From: an uncultured Acidobacteriota bacterium
GTDB taxonomy: Bacteria; Acidobacteriota; Terriglobia; Terriglobales; Acidobacteriaceae
Direction of reading: 5' to 3'
NCBI GenBank assembly: GCA_963786435.1
Contig: CAWAZK010000001.1
Coordinates: 16,021 to 80,020 of the forward strand
DNA length: 64,000 nucleotides
The notes beneath the pieces were generated by a model that did not search any database, was not told where the DNA came from, and worked only from the letters and a program-made list of their open reading frames with translations. A program made the translations under genes and the position numbers. The stretch's first letter is position 1. The number at the start of each line of letters is the position of its first letter. Positions 18,523-26,237 of this stretch are shown here, one piece after another.

Positions 18523-19433
18523 TCATCGCGAATTCTCTCCGTGACGCGCACGTGGATGGGATCGCTGCGGAAACCATCCTGATTTTCGAGCGTGACCCGA
18601 TCGCCTTCAGTTAGCTTTAGCATCGCGGCGTTCTTGATGCGATCCAAACCTGGTTTTCGGGCATAAGATCATCCAGCCAGGCATTGTTTTCCGTGCGTGT
18701 TATCGTGTGCATCGGCGCCCTGCCATAAATCAGCCGGAGATAGCCGGAGGGCGGCTGTTCGGGGGCTTGATAGACGGGCATGGGGTCGAAGTGGAGATCG
18801 TTCAGCGTTGAGGAATAGAGCTCGATCTTGCCGCTCGAGGTGGGGCTCCGGCGAGCCCACTGGACGGCCGAAGGTGAGCAGATAAGCAACATCGCGCGGG
18901 CCGAAGCACTGCGCAAATGCGGTCTCGGCCCCGTTCGGCGTTCCATAAGCCTTCATCACCGTGGAAAAGAAACCGGAGCCGACGCCGTGCGGAAATATCG
19001 CCACCGTCTCGGGCCCGTACTTCTGCTTGATCTCTTTCAGTTTCCCGGCAAACTGATCGAGAGCTTCATCCCAGGAGATGCGCTTCAACTTTCCTGCGCC
19101 ACGCGAACCCGTCCGCACCTGAGGATATTTAAGCCGGTCTGGATCATAGAGCAACTGCGTCCCGGAGTTGCCGCGAGCGCAGAGTTTCCCTTTGGTCATG
19201 GGGTGATTCGGATTGCCTTGCAGCTTCAGAACCTTGCCGTCTTTGACTTCTGCTAATACTCCGCAACGCCAGAAACACATCTCACAGTTGGTCGCGATCA
19301 TTTCAACGCGATCACCGCCCCGGTGCCCGGGAGGCCGTGATATCTGTTCTGCAACTGCACAGGTAGTTCCGGCGATCGCCGCACCGGTTGCCGATGCTTT
19401 CATAAAATCGCGGCGAGAGATTTTCGAATTCAT
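18399..19433 (-). pseudogene. Eroded Tat-dependent molybdopterin oxidoreductase catalytic subunit (PsrA/PhsA-like) with a large internal deletion and frameshifts
   Basis: The Tat signal SRRDFMKASA, the CxxC..C FeS motif (ATNCEMCFWRCG) and about 200 N-terminal aa are intact. The sequence then jumps frame directly into the C-terminal region (GKIELYSSTLNDLHFDPMPVY...ENQVWI) and shifts again into the molybdopterin-binding tail ([42 protein letters not shown]). About 450 central aa are missing. Confidence 0.8.
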
Positions 19434-19725
19434 AATTTATCTCCGAGCATGGTTAAAACGTGGGACCGTAGAAGACCACATTGCGAAGCACGGATAAAAA
19501 CGCGAGTGCCAGTGGAGACTTTGCGCTGGTTTAGGTTCTGTCTGTGACACAGATCACGTGTTGCTATATTAAGAAAGTGCGCAACGGTTGCAGTGATTCA
19601 TTAAGCAGCAGCGTGTCGCAGGCGGCAAGCGTATCGAGCGTAAAATGCCGGAAACGTGTACGCGGAAGAAAGGCTTACGGTTGTCAGCAGCTAGAGTTGG
19701 AAGAAATCGAAAGGAAAACCGATTT

Positions 19726-20940
19726 ATGCTCGCATTTGAGGAAGCACGCCGCATCATTCTGGAGTATGTCATTCCACTTGGCGAAGAGCGCGTGGCGCTG
19801 CTGGAGTCGCTGGGACGCGTGCTGTCGGAAGATTTTAAGGCCCCATGGAACCTGCCCTCGTTCAGCAACTCAGCGATGGATGGCTACGCGGTGCGTGCGG
19901 CAGATTGCAGAAACGCGCAGGCGCTGCCGATCATCGGCTATGTCGCCGCCGGGGCTCGGGCAACAAACGTCCTGGGGCGAGGAACGGCAATGAAGATCAT
20001 GACCGGGGCGCCGCTCCCCGAGGGCAGCGACAGCGTCGTGCCCTTTGAGGACGCGGATCAATCCAGTGGCGAACTTCGCGTGGTAAAGCCTGCGGCCCTG
20101 GGCCAACACGTCCGTTTTGCGGGGGAGGACGTGCGAGCAGGAGAGATTATTCTCGCTGCCGGGACGCTTGTACGTCCCTATGAAATCAATATGCTAGCCA
20201 GCTTCGGACAGACTGAGGTAGCCGTGGTGCGGAGGCCGAGGGTTGCGATTGTCGCGACGGGTGATGAGTTAGTTGCGTTAGGCGAGACACCGTCGGTCGG
20301 GCAGATTGTGAATAGCAATTCCTATTCCTTGGCCGCCGCACTCACCAGCGCGGGCGCGCTTCCGATGCTGGTGGGAATCGCGCGGGACAACATAGATAGC
20401 CATCGAGAGAAGCTGAAAGAAGGGCTAAAGGCGGATGTGCTGATTACTTCCGCAGGGGTCTCTGTCGGTGATCGCGACTGTGTACGCGAGGTCCTGCATG
20501 AGCTTGGAGTAGAGATCGTTTTTTGGCGGGTGAAGGTAAAGCCTGGAAAGGCGCTGGCGTTCGGCAGGAGGAAAGAGACACTAGTGTTCGCACTCCCGGG
20601 AAATCCTGTCTCGTCGATGCTGACTTTTGAGGAGTTTGTGGCCCCGGCGCTGTTGAAGATGATGGGACACAAACAGACGATGAAGCCACTGTTCCCCGCA
20701 GTACTGCAAAGCGACCTGACGAAGAGGGCAGGACAGATACATCTGGCGCGAGTGCGGTTGGAATACTCCGGCGGAAAGTACCTGGCGTGGAGCGCGGGCA
20801 ATCAGGACACGGGCCGGATGAAAACCCTTTTACAGACGAACGCACTCGCCGTGCTTCCCGCGGATCGCGATTTCTTTGCCGCGGGCGAAGAAATCCAGGT
20901 CCATCTGCTCGATGGAGTTGTGGGAATGAGGGCACGGTAG
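19726..20940 (+). CDS. moeA: Molybdopterin molybdotransferase
   Basis: FEEARRIILEYV...SNSAMDGYAVRAAD...ITSAGVSVGDRD...LPGNPVSS is typical of MoeA. ATG verified at 19726. Confidence 0.92.
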   Translation: MLAFEEARRIILEYVIPLGEERVALLESLGRVLSEDFKAPWNLPSFSNSAMDGYAVRAADCRNAQALPIIGYVAAGARATNVLGRGTAMKIMTGAPLPEGSDSVVPFEDADQSSGELRVVKPAALGQHVRFAGEDVRAGEIILAAGTLVRPYEINMLASFGQTEVAVVRRPRVAIVATGDELVALGETPSVGQIVNSNSYSLAAALTSAGALPMLVGIARDNIDSHREKLKEGLKADVLITSAGVSVGDRDCVREVLHELGVEIVFWRVKVKPGKALAFGRRKETLVFALPGNPVSSMLTFEEFVAPALLKMMGHKQTMKPLFPAVLQSDLTKRAGQIHLARVRLEYSGGKYLAWSAGNQDTGRMKTLLQTNALAVLPADRDFFAAGEEIQVHLLDGVVGMRAR

Positions 20941-20961
20941 ACCGTTGGAGGAGATGAAACT

Positions 20962-21327
20962 ATGAATTGGATAACGACTTTAATCATTGCAGCAGTCGTC
21001 GCGCTGGTGTTCATTCTGAAGCGGGCAGGCCAGATTTCACTCAAGGACGCACGGAAGCATTTGGAGAACGGGGCCTTAGTAATTGACGTGCGCAGCTCCG
21101 TCGAATTCAGCTCCGGCCATCTGCCGAATGCGATCAATCTGCCACTGGGCGAGATCAGAAACCTCTTGCCGCAGCGCGTGAAGAATAGGGATCGGGTGCT
21201 ACTGTTGCATTGCCAGAGTGGAATGCGCAGCAATGTGGCGAAGAATCAATTGAGGAGCCTGGGCTTTGCCAACGCCTTCAACCTCGGTTCGCTTGGCCGG
21301 GCGGCAAAGATTGTGAGCGGCAAATAA
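20962..21327 (+). CDS. Membrane-anchored single-domain rhodanese (sulfurtransferase)
   Basis: N-terminal TM helix, then VIDVRSSVEFSSGHLPNAINLP and the active-site loop HCQSGMRS. A GGAGGAG Shine-Dalgarno precedes the ATG. Confidence 0.85.
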   Translation: MNWITTLIIAAVVALVFILKRAGQISLKDARKHLENGALVIDVRSSVEFSSGHLPNAINLPLGEIRNLLPQRVKNRDRVLLLHCQSGMRSNVAKNQLRSLGFANAFNLGSLGRAAKIVSGK

Positions 21328-21734
21328 CGGCGTCGAAACTTTCTGCTGAATAATAATTCCATCCGGTTTTGAACTTTTGAGGTCCTTCTGCATTTCTTCG
21401 TCAGGACGTAGCCATAGAGTCGGCAAAGACTCCCTGGTAGCGGACGACTGTCGTCAGGACCCGCGCGCAGGATATTAGAAAGCCGGGCCGTTGCTGACAG
21501 TACACGCACTCCATTACGTGGCCCAATCGAGAGGCTGATGTGCGGAATGTGGTGCAAAGAGAAGCCAGATGGCGAAGAGACAGCCGCATTGAAGTACATA
21601 ACCTGCGTACCATCGCCAATGGCCCAAAGGACATGCTCTGCTGGCAGTGCTAACTTACTCCTGAACTGCTCGTCTAACCAGAACGCTGTGCTACGGTTGT
21701 TCCGAAGGTACTATGCCGGAGCGGGGACTTAGAC

Positions 21735-22130
21735 TCACGCCGTTGGCCGTAGACTCGGTTCCAACTTCGATATGATGAGGCACAGAAGCTGCTTTATAGA
21801 AAATGGCTTGAGCAGCAAAGTGAAATCACCTAGTCTGCTTTGTGAATTTCCGCGTGCTTTCCAGTCGGGATTGCCGGAGATGAGAATTATCTTGCAGTTG
21901 GGGTTTTGCTTCCGCAACGTTTCGGCCAGGGTAATCCCATCCATCCCCGGCATTGTAATATCGCTAATCAAGATATCAGGCAAACAATTACTCGCTCTTT
22001 GCAGGGCTGAACGGGCGTCGTAGAACGTCTCGACATCGGATGATACCTCCCGGAGGTTTAGACTCAACAGGTCGGCAATCTGCACCTCGTCATCAACAAC
22101 AAAAACCTTTTGCTCAGAAATGGCACCCAT
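21735..22130 (-). CDS. Stand-alone CheY-like response regulator receiver protein
   Basis: VFVVDDE...DILISDITMPGMDGITL...ILISG...LLKPF. No output domain. Confidence 0.85.
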   Translation of the reverse strand: MGAISEQKVFVVDDEVQIADLLSLNLREVSSDVETFYDARSALQRASNCLPDILISDITMPGMDGITLAETLRKQNPNCKIILISGNPDWKARGNSQSRLGDFTLLLKPFSIKQLLCLIISKLEPSLRPTA

Positions 22131-22769
22131 AAAAGAGACACCCCACGTGTGAATAGAACGTCGATTTTAAAAAGATACGTCGAGCCAGAATAGGGCACGT
22201 TGACGTCCATGTTGGGAGTGGACTTTAAAACGAAAGACACAGCTTGCGGGCTGTCAATAACCTTCTCTTTCCGAATATTAGCCGCCCACCGCGACACAAT
22301 AGCGATTTCCATATTGCTCCCCGGCAGCTTCGTGCGGGCTGGGCTTGATTGTCAGAGGTGCTCGATGAACTTAAAAAGAATTCGTTAGACAGAAGGGCAT
22401 GGCCGATTATCAGAACAACGTTTATCGTTCTCTTCAACGCTGGCATGAATCGAAAAATGCGATGTTCCCTTTGGTAATGCCAGATTGTTATCGTGCATAA
22501 GAGCCGACGGTGTCAGCGCATTCTGCGTCACCATCGGGAGGGTAGAAAGTTCCGCCCAGAGTGTAAAAATAACTTCAATCAGATCCCAATCCTACCTATC
22601 AGCACTCTTACGAACTACGACACATCGTACCTCTGAACAAAGCAGTTCGCGATTCTGTTCTCCCATGTGATGTATATGTGAGTTACATAAAGTTGTCCAC
22701 CTGGCTTGGAGAACAACCTTCAAAGATATGCGCTCATCAGACCATGAACCTTCCACGGGAGTCCCGTTT

Positions 22770-23528
22770 ATGACTAACAAAACGTTGCTCGTTTTATTTT
22801 TCGTCGTCGCTTCGATAACTATGTATGCCCAGACATACAGCAACATTGATGATTCTACATATGTGGACGACGGACTTGCAGGCGCGGTAGGATGGGGATC
22901 TTGCGTGACCTGTGCTGGCGGCAGTAGCGATGCCGTTATTTCGACCGCCCCTTTCCAAACAAGCCCATCTGTTGACGGCTCCAGTAGGGACTTCTATATC
23001 GACGGTGCTGCTGGCGCGAATGGGTTGTGGTGGTATAAGGTCGGGCCAAACGATGCCGTCTCTAACTTCGAGTTCGACTTCTGGGTTTACGTCGCTAGTA
23101 ATACGAGTTACGCCGCAGCGCTGGAGTTCGATACGTTTCAGTTTAACAAAGGCGTGGAGTACATGTTCGGTACGCGATGTAACTACGAGTCAGGGAAATG
23201 GGACGTGTGGAACATGGGGGAGAAAGAGTGGGTGCAATCGAGCTTTCACTGCGCGGAGTTCCGGCCGGACACGTGGTATCACCTGAGTTGGAAGTTTCAT
23301 CGGACTAGCCCGAATAATTATGAACACTACGACAGCCTCACGATTGAGCAGCCCGGGAGCCACGGCCGACTCAGTACAACTACTTATAATTTCAACCTTG
23401 CGTTCCCCTCTGGGCCGATGCCGTCAGGGTGGACGGAAAACATGGGCGTCCAGTTCCAAATGGACATTGGCGGAACCGGAGCGACATTGGAAGAGTGGGT
23501 CGATGAAGTAACGCTTACGACTCATTAA
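22770..23528 (+). CDS. Secreted hypothetical protein
   Basis: Signal peptide MTNKTLLVLFFVVASITMYAQ, then about 230 aa rich in W, Y, F and G. No family recognised. ATG verified at 22770. Confidence 0.55.
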   Translation: MTNKTLLVLFFVVASITMYAQTYSNIDDSTYVDDGLAGAVGWGSCVTCAGGSSDAVISTAPFQTSPSVDGSSRDFYIDGAAGANGLWWYKVGPNDAVSNFEFDFWVYVASNTSYAAALEFDTFQFNKGVEYMFGTRCNYESGKWDVWNMGEKEWVQSSFHCAEFRPDTWYHLSWKFHRTSPNNYEHYDSLTIEQPGSHGRLSTTTYNFNLAFPSGPMPSGWTENMGVQFQMDIGGTGATLEEWVDEVTLTTH

Positions 23529-23725
23529 TTGTTCGCGGGCCCTCTGCCATTTGTTTTCGTCATGAGAGAACTACGGTATCAACCGGGGCTCAAATGCAGG
23601 AGTTGACCTTGTCGGCAGCTCGGCCTTGACCAGTTCGCGGGCGGCGGTTCACTCGGCGTTGGAAGCAGTACTTACAGTTTTTCAGGGAGAGAACTGGTAC
23701 CTCAATCGTCATTCGACATTGGGGT

Positions 23726-24129
23726 TCAGGGTTTCGCAAACTCAAGCACTTCAATCGGAGCACCATTCTCAACTATCATTGCCGCCAGAACCCCCGAATA
23801 AGGCGAGAACGGTGGAAAAATCACTTTTTTCCCGGCAATGGCCGCTTCAAGGTTATCCACCTCGAAAGCAACATGGGGAACGGAACGGACGAGTTCTGGA
23901 ACGGGGCTGCCGATTCGAACTGCAGCCACTCAACTCCATACGGGCTTGTCTCGAAGCCGGATGCGAAAACCTTGAAGGCTTCGAGATAATGTTCCGCTGA
24001 CTGTGGGATGTCGGTGGGAATTCCGACATGATGAAATCGCCAGCCTTGCAATGAAGTGGCGGCTGGTGGCTCCTGAAACCTTCGGTACTTGGTGAGGTCG
24101 CCGTTTGCCGGAACTTGCGACGTATTCAT
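23726..24129 (-). pseudogene. Glyoxalase/VOC-family protein interrupted by a -1 frame disruption near 23912
   Basis: The N-terminal part WRFHHVGIPTD...YGVEWLQFE (24129 frame) continues as GSPVPELVRSVPHVAFEVDNLEAAIAGKK... in the 23929 frame. One nucleotide appears to be missing at about 23911-23914. Confidence 0.6.
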
Positions 24130-24304
24130 TTCCTTTCCTACATTGACGTATCAAGGCAAGGTCAGGTGCTTCGCGCATGCATTGGCGTGCCGCACACGGG
24201 AATACATATGCGACCGGCAGAGAATAAGGGGAGCATCGGTATTTTCATACAACCCACCTCAGCCGCAAATCACCGGCGAAGGTGGGGCACAGAGAGCATC
24301 TGCT

Positions 24305-24478
24305 CTAGCGTCTTTTGCCACGGATGGTTGCTTGTCGGGCGGTTTTCCGAGCATCGTCTTTATGTTCACGATTATGACGTTGCACAGCTTTTGCAATTTC
24401 CTCAGCGGAAAGCATGCTGTGATGCTCAGAACGGAGTACATCGTTTTGTAAGTTGGCGTTTTCCTGTTTGTTTTCCAT
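24305..24478 (-). CDS. Possible small basic protein (57 aa), below the ORF-track cutoff
   Basis: ATG at 24478 preceded by tGAGGAGAGGtt. Hand translation: MENKQENANLQNDVLRSEHHSMLSAEEIAKAVQRHNREHKDDARKTARQATIRGKRR, stop at 24305-24307. No homology known to me. Confidence 0.35.
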   Translation of the reverse strand: MENKQENANLQNDVLRSEHHSMLSAEEIAKAVQRHNREHKDDARKTARQATIRGKRR

Positions 24479-24819
24479 AACCTCTCCTCAGCAGATTGAA
24501 GCTGCGCAGGATCAGGGTATGGTTATCGTAGCCGCTGCGCAGTCACTGGGCTCGGTGGCATGGAACTGATGCGGGTCAGGACGAGCCTGAGCGCTCAGAG
24601 TTCCAGCCACTGAGCAGCATCGCAAACTCGTACTGGTATTACGATAGTCCTTTTTTGCCTGAAAAGCCGAAAATTCTTTTGGCTCCCGAGGCGAATGGCA
24701 GGTTCGATCGAACTCTCGGTGGAGAAATCCTGAGTGGGGCTAAAGTTTACTGCCGCTTCTGCCGTTGAATATGGATCAGTACTTCGATCAAATGCGACCA
24801 GCAGCGAGGATGTGATTTT

Positions 24820-25497
24820 ATGGGAGTGAGTTCAGATGTTTGTTTTGATCGCCGCCGTTTTCCCCGCTATCCGTGTACGGGTGAGGCGGAGATACTCCAA
24901 GGCGGAAAACCCTGGGGATGGGGAACAGTGAGCGATATAAGCCGGGGTGGTTGTTACATCGAAACAAACCACCCATTGCCTACTGGTGCTGAGGCGCAAC
25001 TTCGGCTCACCATCGCCGGCATCTTTTTGGATCTATGTGCGAACGTGGTTTCCAGTGATCCTATGTTTGGAATGGGAATGGACTTCGTTGTGGTGCCCAT
25101 AGAGGAGTGGAATAAGCTTCCAGAGATTATCGAAAAAGTCTCCGAGGCAGATACTTCATTCGATCTGCAGCAAAATACGAGAAGGCATGACGGGGCGCAG
25201 CATCATATGCAAGCAGCCCTGCAGCATTTAGAGAAAGCTCAAAAGGAACTTCAGGAAGTAAAGCAAAGTACGGGAGGATACAGGGCTTTGCAACTAACCG
25301 AAAATGCGATCAAGGACGTAAGGGGGAGCGGCACGGGACGGGACCATCCTGCGCTGAAAACATCGTGCGTTGTTGATGTAGGTGATTCGGCAGCTACAGA
25401 ATTGCCGGTAAGTTCGGCTAGATTCGACGTTACCATTGATAATGGAGCAGATGATCAAGGACGTGCTGAAAGGGCAGACGAGACATCTGGCGTGTAA
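24820..25497 (+). CDS. PilZ-domain protein (putative c-di-GMP receptor)
   Basis: RRRFPRYP ... DISRGGCYIE matches the RxxxR / D-x-S-x-x-G PilZ signature. The C-terminal half is low-complexity or coiled. Confidence 0.75.
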   Translation: MGVSSDVCFDRRRFPRYPCTGEAEILQGGKPWGWGTVSDISRGGCYIETNHPLPTGAEAQLRLTIAGIFLDLCANVVSSDPMFGMGMDFVVVPIEEWNKLPEIIEKVSEADTSFDLQQNTRRHDGAQHHMQAALQHLEKAQKELQEVKQSTGGYRALQLTENAIKDVRGSGTGRDHPALKTSCVVDVGDSAATELPVSSARFDVTIDNGADDQGRAERADETSGV

Positions 25498-26050
25498 GGC
25501 GTGGCTCGGATTGTTGGCTGTTTTGCTTGCAGGCAGTGCGGTCGCGCAACAAAGAACAGTTAGCTTCGATCCAGACAACACTAAAATTGAATTCACCCTG
25601 GGCGCCGTTCTGCACAATGTGCACGGCGCTTTCAAACTTAAGAACGGCGTAATCCGTTTCGATCCGACGACTGGGGCCGCTTCCGGCGCACTGGTCATTG
25701 ATGCCAACAGCGGTGAAAGCAGCAATAAATCTCGCGACGAAAAGATGCACGCGGAAGTGCTTGAAAGTCGCAAATATCCTGAAATCATCTTTGTCCCGCA
25801 AAAGGTTGAGGGCAGCACACCGCTTCAAGGCAGCTCACAAGTGAAAGTGCAGGGGCTGTTGCGAATGCACGGTTCGGAGCACCCTTTGACATTGGTTGTG
25901 CGGATTTCTATCAACGGCGCTCACATCGCGGCGAACACGCAGTTTGTATTTCCCTACGAGAATTGGGGTCTGAAGAACCCAAGCACGTTCATTCTGCGCG
26001 TCAGCAACAGGGTCGAGATCAACGTTACTGCCAATGGGGTCATCGAGTAA
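25442..26050 (+). CDS. YceI-like periplasmic polyisoprenoid/lipid-binding protein
   Basis: Signal peptide, then TKIEFTLGAVLHNVHGAFK...DANSGESSNKSRDEKMHAEVLESRKYPEIIF. The start is ambiguous (TTG 25436, ATG 25442 or 25451), and every option overlaps the PilZ gene end. Confidence 0.8.
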   Translation: MEQMIKDVLKGQTRHLACKAWLGLLAVLLAGSAVAQQRTVSFDPDNTKIEFTLGAVLHNVHGAFKLKNGVIRFDPTTGAASGALVIDANSGESSNKSRDEKMHAEVLESRKYPEIIFVPQKVEGSTPLQGSSQVKVQGLLRMHGSEHPLTLVVRISINGAHIAANTQFVFPYENWGLKNPSTFILRVSNRVEINVTANGVIE

Positions 26051-26165
26051 GGGCAGGAGAGCCCCGGATTGGTAAATGCCAAAGTATTCTTCGTACTAAG
26101 TACCCGTAGTGCCCGAAATTGGTACTTTCCCGAATTGCTCAAGATGAACAATTCTGTGATAGTGA

Positions 26166-26181
26166 GGCAACGATCGTTGCC
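26166..26181. promoter_or_regulatory. Perfect 16-bp palindrome GGCAACGATCGTTGCC upstream of the receptor gene
   Basis: Read directly. It lies 57-72 nt upstream of the ATG at 26238 and 116 nt after the yceI-like stop. No T-tract follows, so an operator is more likely than a terminator. Confidence 0.3.
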
Positions 26182-26237
26182 CTGACGCAAAGCATCTTAC
26201 GGGCTGACTTGGTTAAACTTTTCTCTTGCAGCCTGAA

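Noticed and set aside
19434-19725. Possible Moco riboswitch in the moeA leader (CTCCGAGCA near 19441 and AAAGGAAAA before the ATG)
   Set aside because: The two consensus-like fragments are about 270 nt apart, far more than the roughly 130-nt Moco motif, and I could not trace the conserved helices. This needs an Infernal scan; it is not supported by eye.
22131-22446. Possible histidine-kinase relic upstream of the orphan receiver gene (ORFs 22064..22312 and 22225..22446; ...SGSTYLFKI resembles a kinase C-terminal G3 region)
   Set aside because: Spacing to any G1/G2-like box is wrong and no H-box or N-box is visible, so the resemblance is too weak to call.
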